Virus record (IMG/VR): IMGVR_UViG_3300023371_004674
Strand: one strand, 5' to 3'
DNA from: an uncultured virus (IMG/VR IMGVR_UViG_3300023371_004674)
Lineage: Duplodnaviria; Heunggongvirae; Uroviricota; Caudoviricetes
DNA: 26,450 nt
Below the pieces are notes generated by a model, which worked only from the letters and a program-made list of their open reading frames with translations, did not search any database and had not been told where the DNA came from. Below are positions 7,753 through 16,016 of this stretch, one piece after another. Position numbers and translations under genes: made by a program. Position 1 is the stretch's first letter, and each line of letters starts with the position of its first letter.

Positions 7753-7952
7753 CGCTGGTTCTCCTTTCTTTTGCATTGCATATAGTTGTCTGTCGGCTCC
7801 CAATCCGAAATCACTACCGCTCGGTCGGGATCCTCCTCATATTTTGTGCAGATATGGTCGCCATCTCCGATGTACTCGCTGTGTTCGCATCGGTAGCAAC
7901 CCTGACTGAACGGCTGGGTTCTTTTCTTTTGGTTTCGTTTGCTTCTTTTCAT
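7749..7952 (-). CDS. Small Cys-containing hypothetical protein
   Basis: CYRCEHSEYIGDGDHIC; fills the gap directly after rtcB. Confidence 0.65.
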   Translation of the reverse strand: MKRSKRNQKKRTQPFSQGCYRCEHSEYIGDGDHICTKYEEDPDRAVVISDWEPTDNYMQCKRKENQR

Positions 7953-7957
7953 ATCCG

Positions 7958-9136
7958 TTACTCCGATGCCTTGAAATTGTACTGCGGTTTCATCAGGTCA
8001 ATCACTCCGCAGGTGGGGCGGATGAGCTTTCTGATCTCATCTGCGTCCTTGTAAGCCATAGGAGCTTCGTCGATGGTTCCGTAGCCTACGCTCGTAGTGA
8101 AAATTCCTTCCATAGATGCCACGTAGTCCTCGGCAGAAATCGTTTCTTTTGCTTTCTTCCGGGACATAATGCGTCCAGCTCCGTGCGGAGCGGAATAGTT
8201 CCAATCAGGATTACCAAGACCGGTACAAAGGAAAACGCCGTCTCTCATATTCATAGGGATAACGAGATATTCACCGAGCTGGGCGGATACCGCACCCTTT
8301 CTCAAAATCTTGTTTTGCAGGTCAATGTAGTTGTGAGTGGTATGGAATAGCCATCCAGAGTGTTTGAGGCTCATACCACGCAAAATTTCGTTTGCTATTG
8401 CTTCCCGATTCGCTTTCGCATACTGCTGAACGATACCCATATCGTTGAGGTAGTCGTCGAGATCCTGACCTTCGAGGTATGCGAGGTCTTTCTGCTTTTT
8501 TGCATCTCTGTACTGTGCCTTTACCTTTTCGATGGCTTCTTGGATCTCATTCTGTCTGCCTTGCTCCTTGTAGGTCTTGGCAATATCTTTGATGAGGTCT
8601 GCGGGCGGAGTGGAAATACGCTTGACCGCCAACTGCTGATAGTAATTAGCGACCTCCAATCCGAGATGTCTGCTTCCGCTGTGGATAATCAACCAAAGAC
8701 CGCCGCAGGAGTCTTTGTCGATTTCGATGAAATGGTTTCCGCCGCCGAGCGTTCCGAGTGAGAGCAACGCCCTCTGCTTGTCAGCTACGGGACATCTCAA
8801 TTTATCGAAGTCGAATGCCGCAACGGGTTTCGTTCTTATCATCATACCCGAAGGGACCGAGCTACGTATCACCTTGTCGAGCTCGGCGTAATCAATCTTG
8901 GTTTCATCGAGCTTGACAGCGAACATACCGCATCCGATGTCAACTCCTACGAGGTTAGGGCATACACGGTCGGTAATCGTCATCGTGGTTCCGATGGTGC
9001 AACCCGCACCAGCGTGTACGTCTGGCATAATGCGGATCTTCGAGCCATCGCTTACGGGATGCTCGGCGAGAGCTTCAATTTGAGCCAATGCTTCAGGCTC
9101 GATGGTCTCTGCAAAAATCTGTACATCGTTAGTCAT
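7958..9136 (-). CDS. rtcB: RtcB family RNA ligase (3'-phosphate/2',3'-cyclic phosphate to 5'-OH)
   Basis: RIMPDVHAG, VGVDIGCGM, GTLGGGNHFIE, HSGSR, HNY, RKGA, SAPHGAGR, DEAPMAYK. Start at ATG 9136 behind GGAGG. Confidence 0.95.
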   Translation of the reverse strand: MTNDVQIFAETIEPEALAQIEALAEHPVSDGSKIRIMPDVHAGAGCTIGTTMTITDRVCPNLVGVDIGCGMFAVKLDETKIDYAELDKVIRSSVPSGMMIRTKPVAAFDFDKLRCPVADKQRALLSLGTLGGGNHFIEIDKDSCGGLWLIIHSGSRHLGLEVANYYQQLAVKRISTPPADLIKDIAKTYKEQGRQNEIQEAIEKVKAQYRDAKKQKDLAYLEGQDLDDYLNDMGIVQQYAKANREAIANEILRGMSLKHSGWLFHTTHNYIDLQNKILRKGAVSAQLGEYLVIPMNMRDGVFLCTGLGNPDWNYSAPHGAGRIMSRKKAKETISAEDYVASMEGIFTTSVGYGTIDEAPMAYKDADEIRKLIRPTCGVIDLMKPQYNFKASE

Positions 9137-9707
9137 TGCAGGCCTCCTTGTATTTTCTGATGATTTCGAGCATCTGTTCTTTCGCTCTTTCGGTCTCAAC
9201 CGAGTGTCCGGGGACTCCTTCGAATTCACGGACGAACATTTCAAGCTCAGACGCTTCATCTTCTGCGATTTTCGTAATCAAGATGGACGGGCTTCCTTTA
9301 ACCACGGTCAGCTCCATCAGATCTCCCTCTCGAATCCTCAACGCTTTGCGGAACTCTCTCGGAACGACGATTCTTCCCAAATCGTCTATTCTTCGTGTGA
9401 TAACCGGTCCGCTGTAAAATCCCAAATTCTTCTTTTCGGTCAGGACTTTCTCGCATTTTTCGTAGGATTCGAGGAACTCGCCTCCGCTCGAAAGAAAATC
9501 TTTCAGTACGAAATAGATCTCGTCAACAATCCCATCTTCTGGGACCGCTTTCTTGTATTCTTCAGGAGTTACGCCTTCTGCTGCTTCTCCTCCGAAATAG
9601 AACCATTCATCGCCGATCTGACATACAGTTCCATCTCGGTTAGGCGAATCAATCAGCCTAACAATTCCGTTTCGGTATCCTTCCAAAATCATACGTTGAG
9701 TAATCAT
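9129..9707 (-). CDS. Unknown N-terminal domain fused to an AbrB/SpoVT DNA-binding domain
   Basis: ITRRIDDLGRIVVPREFRKALRIREGDLMEL is the AbrB/SpoVT signature. Start at ATG 9707 behind GAGGAGG. Confidence 0.8.
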   Translation of the reverse strand: MITQRMILEGYRNGIVRLIDSPNRDGTVCQIGDEWFYFGGEAAEGVTPEEYKKAVPEDGIVDEIYFVLKDFLSSGGEFLESYEKCEKVLTEKKNLGFYSGPVITRRIDDLGRIVVPREFRKALRIREGDLMELTVVKGSPSILITKIAEDEASELEMFVREFEGVPGHSVETERAKEQMLEIIRKYKEACND

Positions 9708-9717
9708 ACGAACCTCC

Positions 9718-10062
9718 TCAGTTAAATTCAAGCATTATGACTGCTTTCTGTTGGATAGCTACTTTGAAAATCGTGCTCGATTCTTCCGACGTGTACTCCG
9801 TTTTCAGCCACTTCTTAACCTTATCAGCCGTCCAATATTCGTTGGTCGTGCGGTTCAGGTAGGTGACGAGCCAATCTTTTTCTACCGCAAACAGAACTTC
9901 TTCGAACCCGCAAGTTTCAGGATCTCCATCGCTTGCGAGATCTACGGGAGAACAGGACAAGGCGAGCAGTTCGTTGTGCAAGCAGAAGTCAGGAGAACTG
10001 TTCTTCTTGTATCTCTCCCAAATCCGTTGTTTGAGGGGCTTTTCTTCGGTCTGCTGTTTCAT
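9718..10062 (-). CDS. Hypothetical protein
   Basis: ATGA overlap; GAGGT RBS. Confidence 0.7.
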   Translation of the reverse strand: MKQQTEEKPLKQRIWERYKKNSSPDFCLHNELLALSCSPVDLASDGDPETCGFEEVLFAVEKDWLVTYLNRTTNEYWTADKVKKWLKTEYTSEESSTIFKVAIQQKAVIMLEFN

Positions 10063-10496
10063 ACCTCAAAATCCTCCTCAACATCTACGAGATAGGTGCA
10101 AGTCGAGCAATGAACGTCGAGCTTGTCAGCCACCTTCATAACACGGACCTTGCACTCTCTCGTTTTCGAATGGTCTTCGATCAGGATGACTACCTGACCT
10201 GTGTGAATCGTCTGCGTCATCGCCCATCTCGCATCTTCGATGATGTCGCTTCTGCCGAACTCCTTATGCAAGCAAGCCGCATCGTTGCCGATGCCGTATC
10301 TGCCGTTTTCGATGTAAAGCTCGCCTCTCGTTGTCATTCCGGGATAAGCCGGTCTGTCCCAAGCGACCTTCACGGGAAAGCCCTTGGCGTAATCCGAATC
10401 CTCGTAATGCCTGTCATCGAGGTCGATATAGAGAACAGGATACTTACCGAAATTCATCGCCGTTGCTATCTGTTCTCGCTCTGTCAAATACTTCAT
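10059..10496 (-). CDS. Hypothetical protein
   Basis: ATGA overlaps at both ends. Confidence 0.75.
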   Translation of the reverse strand: MKYLTEREQIATAMNFGKYPVLYIDLDDRHYEDSDYAKGFPVKVAWDRPAYPGMTTRGELYIENGRYGIGNDAACLHKEFGRSDIIEDARWAMTQTIHTGQVVILIEDHSKTRECKVRVMKVADKLDVHCSTCTYLVDVEEDFEV

Positions 10497-10690
10497 TTCT
10501 TTGCGTTCCTTTCTGCAAATCGTTTCATTCTTTCGAGCAAAACCCTCTCTCGTTCAAGGGCTTTCCTGAGTTCCTTTTCGAGCACGTCTGCTCGCTTATA
10601 TTTTCCGTCAGGTCCTCTGACTTCCACGCCTCGCTTCATACATTCGAGAACGAGGAATGAGAACCTGTTTCCATTACTCCTCGGTCTCAT
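10493..10690 (-). CDS. Small hypothetical protein
   Basis: Fills the gap between neighbours with a stop/start overlap; start uncertain. Confidence 0.5.
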   Translation of the reverse strand: MRPRSNGNRFSFLVLECMKRGVEVRGPDGKYKRADVLEKELRKALERERVLLERMKRFAERNAKK

Positions 10691-10910
10691 TTTCTTTTGC
10701 ATTTGCGAGTGCCGCCGAGCATTCTGCGATTACCTTAACCAAGCAATCATCGCAGAGAGCCAAGACCGCAGAGCCGATGTTCAAATCCCAAAGTCTATCG
10801 ACTTTCTTTCTTTTGAAGCCAATCGTAGAATCGAAATTGGCTGCTCCGCATCCGTTGCAGGAGCGAACGCTCTCGATGTTCTCTGTAACCGAAATTTCTC
10901 TTGCCATCAC
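10674..10910 (-). CDS. Small zinc-binding protein
   Basis: CNGC...LCDDC; GTG start behind GGAGG. Confidence 0.65.
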   Translation of the reverse strand: MMAREISVTENIESVRSCNGCGAANFDSTIGFKRKKVDRLWDLNIGSAVLALCDDCLVKVIAECSAALANAKENETEE

Positions 10911-11419
10911 GCAACCTCCTTTTTGAAAACATAATCAAGACCGTTGTTGGCAAATGCTCCGAATTTCCAACCAAACGGTGTAATAGCGTCGATGTATCTG
11001 ATGCAAGCCCCGAATGTCGTTTGCTTCTGGAGCTGGTTCTTTGACTCCTTGGCTCCCTTGATCTTGCGAACCATCATCTCAGCTCCATCCTTCATCGTCT
11101 GGCGGAGCGTACCGCCCTGCGATGCGAAATACAGGAACTCTTCGGCAAGGTCGAGCAGCACGTTCACGTCATCTGTGCCGTGGCTGAACAGAACCTCTCC
11201 GTTTTCGTCAACTCTGTTCTCCAAGTATCTGTCGAAATCGAATTCTGTCAGCTCCAATCCGTACACACGGTCGAGGTCGATGTCCTTTGGATCGTCTATC
11301 ATACCCTCCGAGTTGTCGTCGTTCAGGACGTACACGGTCGCTCCCAAGTGCAGATACTCCAACGCTTCTACGGGAGTGATGAACTGCATTCCGGGGTAAA
11401 CATACGTTGTGCGGTTCAT
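10907..11419 (-). CDS. Hypothetical protein
   Basis: GGAGGT RBS; 170-aa ORF in the operon. Confidence 0.75.
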   Translation of the reverse strand: MNRTTYVYPGMQFITPVEALEYLHLGATVYVLNDDNSEGMIDDPKDIDLDRVYGLELTEFDFDRYLENRVDENGEVLFSHGTDDVNVLLDLAEEFLYFASQGGTLRQTMKDGAEMMVRKIKGAKESKNQLQKQTTFGACIRYIDAITPFGWKFGAFANNGLDYVFKKEVA

Positions 11420-11420
11420 A

Positions 11421-11660
11421 TCAAACCTCCGCTTTCTTTTCGATTTCGGGGTAGAACGTAAAGGTCTTGGCGAACTCGTCGCTGTCTTTTTGCTTCAACT
11501 TCTCGACCTTCTCGTACTTCTTGATGAAACGCTTCAGGATTCTTCTCTGACGGAGCAAATATGTATACCATTTCAGGTACGCTCTGTCGTTCAGCTCCTC
11601 GTATTCGATTGCTTCCTCGATGGAAGCCAGCTCTGCTTTTGCTTTTTCGATCATTGTCAT
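11421..11660 (-). CDS. Hypothetical coiled-coil protein
   Basis: AAGGAG RBS. Confidence 0.7.
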   Translation of the reverse strand: MTMIEKAKAELASIEEAIEYEELNDRAYLKWYTYLLRQRRILKRFIKKYEKVEKLKQKDSDEFAKTFTFYPEIEKKAEV

Positions 11661-11672
11661 TTTCTTTTCTCC

Positions 11673-11957
11673 TTATCTTTTGTGTACCGCATATACTACG
11701 GAATCTGTCAGTAGGTTTACACGCTCTTGGAATGTTGCGTCATCCAATTCGAGCATATAGAATTGAACCTCTTTTATCTTGCTTTCGGGGGTGTATTCGA
11801 TCACCGCATATACTACGTGATCCGCACCGTTCTGTTCGAGCAATTCCTTTGCCTGTTCTCCGTATGATTTGAGAACCATTGGTAGGTTCCTTGGTGGCAT
11901 CTCGCCTGTCTCGACCACTGCCGAATCCGAATATCTGCTCCATCTAATCCATTCCAT
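11673..11957 (-). CDS. Hypothetical protein, first gene of the accessory block
   Basis: GGAGGT RBS downstream of the promoter at 12011-12039. Confidence 0.75.
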   Translation of the reverse strand: MEWIRWSRYSDSAVVETGEMPPRNLPMVLKSYGEQAKELLEQNGADHVVYAVIEYTPESKIKEVQFYMLELDDATFQERVNLLTDSVVYAVHKR

Positions 11958-12010
11958 TTACCGATACCTCCGTTCTGTCTATCCGTTTGGTAATGTTTAA
12001 CTGTGACTTT

Positions 12011-12039
12011 ATCTTACAATAAGCCGTTTCAAAAGTCAA
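12011..12039 (-). promoter_or_regulatory. Sigma-A/70 promoter driving the accessory early block
   Basis: TTGACT-17 bp-TAAGAT with upstream A-tracts; shares AAAACTATTGAC with the cro promoter. Confidence 0.75.
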
Positions 12040-12094
12040 TAGTTTTGCGGATATTTTTTCAAGATTTTTCGTAAATATTCAAAAATGTTTATAA

Positions 12095-12127
12095 AAAGAG
12101 AGGCGTACAATCGTAACGCCTCTCTTT
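12095..12127 (-). terminator. Rho-independent terminator after the ArpU-like gene
   Basis: AAAGAGAGGCGT / ACGCCTCTCTTT stem with a T-run on the minus strand. Confidence 0.85.
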
Positions 12128-12128
12128 G

Positions 12129-12623
12129 TCAGGTATCGTCTTTCTTGGTCGCCTCTATGTAACGAGCCATATTTGCGAGGGCGGAGCCGTGTATGTTGTA
12201 CATCGTTCTCTCGTAAGACTCTTCCTTATCGAAGAAATCAGGTCTATCGCCGAACAGAACATCGAGGACATCGTTCCATCGCATTCCGTCGAAGTATCGC
12301 ATCCTGATGACCGCCCTTTCGTTTGCGTGTCGAAGACGTTTGATGATCTTTTCGAGCTCGGTACGCTCTTTCTTTTGCTTGGCTATCATCTGCTTTATTT
12401 CATTTTCAAGGTCGATCTTCTGGCACACCAAATCAGCCATTCTGCTTTGCGATGGGCTTGGATCTCTCGGCATACCAGAGTATGAGGGGGAACCGATGCT
12501 TTTCAGTTTCATCTCAATTCGGTCAAGTCGCTGCTCCTGAAGCTCTATATCTCGGTCTGCGGCGAGATAGTCTTCCAGCCGCTCCTTGACAAAATCAGTA
12601 TTTGGTCTTTTCTTATTCGCCAT
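12129..12623 (-). CDS. ArpU/RinA (DUF1492-like) late transcriptional activator
   Basis: SPSYSGMP, coiled coil, ERAVIRMRYFDGMRWNDV...YNIHGSAL sigma-region-4-like C-terminus; last gene of the replication module. Confidence 0.8.
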   Translation of the reverse strand: MANKKRPNTDFVKERLEDYLAADRDIELQEQRLDRIEMKLKSIGSPSYSGMPRDPSPSQSRMADLVCQKIDLENEIKQMIAKQKKERTELEKIIKRLRHANERAVIRMRYFDGMRWNDVLDVLFGDRPDFFDKEESYERTMYNIHGSALANMARYIEATKKDDT

Positions 12624-12652
12624 CGGTTTCTCCTCATCTCCTTTCTTGAAAA

Positions 12653-12988
12653 TTACTTGCTTTGCTGTTCGCCGAGCTTCTCGGCATACCACGCCTCAAT
12701 ATCTACGCCGATCTCTTTCAGCTTCCTCGTGTAGAGCCAGCCCATTTCTTCGGGTTCGAGTTGATAAAACGCTCTCAACGCTTCGTGCTCCTCGAAGCAT
12801 CTGTCGAAGAACCTACGAAGCCTTTTCTTGCCGTGCTTATGGACGAGATGGATAACCCACAGAACCATAGCATCGTTTTCCATAGCGAACTTTCTGTCTC
12901 TTTCAATGATCTGGCGGTCGATCTCTTCATCTCTCGCCTTGATCTGCTTTTTCGACATCAATTTGCTCGGCAATATTCTTGCTTTCAT
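12653..12988 (-). CDS. Hypothetical phage protein
   Basis: LWVIHLVHKHGKKRLRRFFD pattern, which I recall from Firmicutes phage proteins; RBS present. Confidence 0.75.
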   Translation of the reverse strand: MKARILPSKLMSKKQIKARDEEIDRQIIERDRKFAMENDAMVLWVIHLVHKHGKKRLRRFFDRCFEEHEALRAFYQLEPEEMGWLYTRKLKEIGVDIEAWYAEKLGEQQSK

Positions 12989-12992
12989 AGGC

Positions 12993-13769
12993 TTACTCCT
13001 TCCAAGGAAATTCTGTAATGAGGTCTTCTCCCCAAATCGGTATCAGGCTGTCCTTCATAAATACGGGCTTGCCGCATTTGTGGAACTGCTCAACGATGGG
13101 CTCCATCCAAGAGCGTTCAGGAACTACCTTATCTTTTCTGTTGCCTGTCTCCGCTCCGAGAATAACCCACCCAATTCTCTTTGCGAAATCCTCGCATCCT
13201 TCATCCTCTACAAAGGGTTCGAGGATAGGCTCGATGCTTGCGAACGTGTTGTACTCGTCGCTCCAGAAGCATTTTGTGGTCGGCGATGTAACGGTCGAGC
13301 CGTACCAGTAATTGTCTCCTTTGGGGAGCAACCCTTTTCGAGCGAGCTCTGCATATCGCTTCGGGTTCTTTGTGAGGAACAGGTAGCGGTGGTTATCCGC
13401 TTTCTTGCAAGCGTCGAAAATCTTTTCGATCCACTCGTCAGGCACCCAATCCCCGAACATATCTGACATAGAGCATACAAAGATGTTCTTTCCGAATCCT
13501 TTTGTGTACGGATCCGACAGTCTATATTCGTGGAGCGTGGGAGTGAACCCGAACGGATATGCGGCGTTTCTTACCTCGCCGTTCTGTGTGGTCGCCTGAA
13601 GCCTCTCGCCGAGCGTTACAATTTCCGCCGGAGCTACGCCATCGGGAGACTCGTGACAACCTTTGTAGCGGTTGGCTATCCGTCTGGCGTAGCAGTATTT
13701 GCAATCGTGGTAGCATCCGGTTATCGGATTCCAAGAACTATCGCACCATTCGATTTTTGTCTTTTCCAT
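12993..13769 (-). CDS. DUF5131 (phage Gp37/Gp68) radical-SAM-like protein
   Basis: TKIEWCDSSWNPITGCYHDCKYCYA (CxxxCxxC), IFVCSMSDMF, FLTKNP, SIEP, WVILGAETG, VFMK. Confidence 0.9.
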   Translation of the reverse strand: MEKTKIEWCDSSWNPITGCYHDCKYCYARRIANRYKGCHESPDGVAPAEIVTLGERLQATTQNGEVRNAAYPFGFTPTLHEYRLSDPYTKGFGKNIFVCSMSDMFGDWVPDEWIEKIFDACKKADNHRYLFLTKNPKRYAELARKGLLPKGDNYWYGSTVTSPTTKCFWSDEYNTFASIEPILEPFVEDEGCEDFAKRIGWVILGAETGNRKDKVVPERSWMEPIVEQFHKCGKPVFMKDSLIPIWGEDLITEFPWKE

Positions 13770-13783
13770 CCAGCGTCACCGCC

Positions 13784-14230
13784 TTAAAAGGGTAAAGCTA
13801 CATCATCGTCTTCGGTGTTGATAGGTTCAAAATCGGGCTGCTGTCCTCCTCCGTAAGAGGGTGCGTATGCGTTGTCAGCCGCCTGACTGTCAGCTTCGCT
13901 CTTGGAGTCAACGAACTCTATCTTGGTTGCGTTGATGCGTGTTCTTTTGATTTTCTTTCCGTCCTTGTCGGTGTAAGTGTCAGTATCAAGATCTCCCGAA
14001 ACGAGTATCGAAGATCCCTTGCGGAAGTATCTCGAAACAAACTCTGCTGTTTTGCCCCAAGCTACCACGTCGATGTAGTTCGCATCTTTCTGTTCCTCGC
14101 CAGTTTTCTGCTTTTTGTTCGAGGCTACGCAGAATGAACAAACCGAGGTTCCACCCTGCGTCTGCTTTAACTCGATGTCAGAAGTGAGTCTTCCTGCGGC
14201 GACACCGAGCGTATAATTGAGATTTGCCAT
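13784..14230 (-). CDS. ssb: Single-stranded DNA-binding protein
   Basis: GRLTSDIELKQT, VVAWGKTAE, acidic DDDVALPF tail. Confidence 0.93.
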   Translation of the reverse strand: MANLNYTLGVAAGRLTSDIELKQTQGGTSVCSFCVASNKKQKTGEEQKDANYIDVVAWGKTAEFVSRYFRKGSSILVSGDLDTDTYTDKDGKKIKRTRINATKIEFVDSKSEADSQAADNAYAPSYGGGQQPDFEPINTEDDDVALPF

Positions 14231-14251
14231 TTTCAAATCCTCCTTATTGGA

Positions 14252-15112
14252 TTATTCCTCGTCGGGCTGGTCGTACTCGTAAGAGTCATCCTCATCGGGC
14301 TCCTCGATAGCGTTCTCGCCGCAAGGCTCCTCGCAATCGTCTTCTGCCACGGTGTCCTCATCCTTATACATCGAGAAGAAGATGTCGTTGCATTCAAGGC
14401 AACTGATCTCGATGCCGTAGAGCTCTCCGCTCTGGGTTGCAGTTGCTTCGGAATAAACACCCGAACAGATGATTTCGTGTCCCTCGTGTTCTGCAAGCGT
14501 TTCTGCGTCGCAGTGGAACGGACTGTCAGGGCTCGATGCAGAGGTAAGGATAACCTCGTTCGTGTCCGTCTTAACAGCGTAGTTGCCGTTGGACTCCACG
14601 ATCTTCAGGCTTCTGTTGATGAACAACGAGAGCCACTTGAACGGAGTCATCTGCATCTCATCTCTGTCCTCGGTGTCATCGCAAGAGCCTTCAAGGAGGG
14701 CGGGACCGCTCTTATCCTCATATTCTGCCTCATACGTGTCATCAGGGGAAATCTCCTCATCGAACATCGACATCTGCTCGGTGCCGAGATTTCTAAGGAC
14801 GTATTTCTCGGTGTCGGGATCCCAAACAAGCTGGTGCTCACCCATAAGCGAGCCCGTCTTCTTGTCCTTGACCTGCATCACGGACGAAATATCGTGTTTG
14901 AACGTGGGCTTCGTGATTTCCTTCAGGTCATCGTAAGAACCCACGTTTACGTTTTTGAGTTCGATGCTGAGTTTGAGGGTGAGGGTTGCTTCGCTTGCAC
15001 CCTTCATAGTCATATTGCCAAGCGTTCTGGCAAGGATAGAGTCAAAGTCGGCTTTCAACGCCTGAAACGTATCTCCGCTCAGGCTCAACTGCAAATCATT
15101 CTTTTCACACAT
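14252..15112 (-). CDS. Acidic hypothetical phage protein
   Basis: Long ORF in the replication operon; start re-called at MCEKND (AAGGAG RBS). Confidence 0.75.
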   Translation of the reverse strand: MCEKNDLQLSLSGDTFQALKADFDSILARTLGNMTMKGASEATLTLKLSIELKNVNVGSYDDLKEITKPTFKHDISSVMQVKDKKTGSLMGEHQLVWDPDTEKYVLRNLGTEQMSMFDEEISPDDTYEAEYEDKSGPALLEGSCDDTEDRDEMQMTPFKWLSLFINRSLKIVESNGNYAVKTDTNEVILTSASSPDSPFHCDAETLAEHEGHEIICSGVYSEATATQSGELYGIEISCLECNDIFFSMYKDEDTVAEDDCEEPCGENAIEEPDEDDSYEYDQPDEE

Positions 15113-15129
15113 TTTCGTGTATCTCCTTT

Positions 15130-15363
15130 TCATATCGTTTGTTCTCTGATGTACTTATTTCTGCATCTCTCGCAACAGAAGTTGTGGAGCTGACCGTTTA
15201 CTTCGACCAGCACCCAGCCTTCCTTGCGGAGAATTTTGTTGTGTTCTTTCGAGAACGCTTCGTCTTGGCTGTCAAAGCGAAACTTTCTCGTTTTGGGGCA
15301 GCTATCACAGGTGAAAACCGTGTTGCCTTCCCAAAATCCGTCAAATTCAAGTTCTCTTGCCAT
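15130..15363 (-). CDS. Small zinc-finger protein
   Basis: CDSC...HNFCCERC. Confidence 0.7.
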   Translation of the reverse strand: MARELEFDGFWEGNTVFTCDSCPKTRKFRFDSQDEAFSKEHNKILRKEGWVLVEVNGQLHNFCCERCRNKYIREQTI

Positions 15364-15796
15364 TTGATACCTCCATCGAGGGCGTAATGTCCTCTATCGT
15401 TACGACCGTTCTCGGATTTTCCCCGTAGAATCTGCGTATTTGCAGATCCACTACCTGCGTATCATCATAATACGCTATCTTGTTCAAGGCATCGAGAACC
15501 ACCTTTACCACGTTATCGGCATCAGGTTTCTTCAGAGGACGCTCGATTTTGTCGATCATACGTTGCCTTTTCTTTTTGCTGATGCTCTGCGGTATTGCAT
15601 AGTAGGCGATAATCCTTACATCGAGCTGTCTCCCTTGCTCGAACATAAAGTCGTGGCATTGGGAGCTGTAACAGGTCTTTACAAGGTTTTCATACAGCAC
15701 CGTCTTTTCGGGGCTGGTGGGACCTCCGAATTTGGAAAATCTCGGTCTTCCTTTTCCTGTTGGCTCGCCGGGGACTTCAAATCTAACCTTCTGCAT
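15347..15796 (-). CDS. rusA: RusA family Holliday junction resolvase
   Basis: GEPTGKGRPRF, KKPDADNVVKVVLDALNKIAYYDDTQV. Confidence 0.92.
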   Translation of the reverse strand: MQKVRFEVPGEPTGKGRPRFSKFGGPTSPEKTVLYENLVKTCYSSQCHDFMFEQGRQLDVRIIAYYAIPQSISKKKRQRMIDKIERPLKKPDADNVVKVVLDALNKIAYYDDTQVVDLQIRRFYGENPRTVVTIEDITPSMEVSNGKRT

Positions 15797-16001
15797 ATCC
15801 AGCCTCCTTTCCCGAAATGTCATAGCCCTTATCTGTGCCATTCATCTCGTATTTGACGAAATACTGATAGGTCTTACTGCCTTCGGGCCTGTAACGAACA
15901 GGGTGGACCGTGTATCCATTCCTGAACAGGATCGTTGCGATAGCCTCTCGGTCTTCGGCACTCCCGATCTTCAGAGTGCCTTTGGATTCAAATTTGCTCA
16001 T
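15783..16001 (-). CDS. Small phage protein
   Basis: EDREAIATILFRNGYTV; AAGGAG RBS. Confidence 0.75.
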   Translation of the reverse strand: MSKFESKGTLKIGSAEDREAIATILFRNGYTVHPVRYRPEGSKTYQYFVKYEMNGTDKGYDISGKEAGYAEG

Positions 16002-16016
16002 ATCTTCTCCTTTCTG

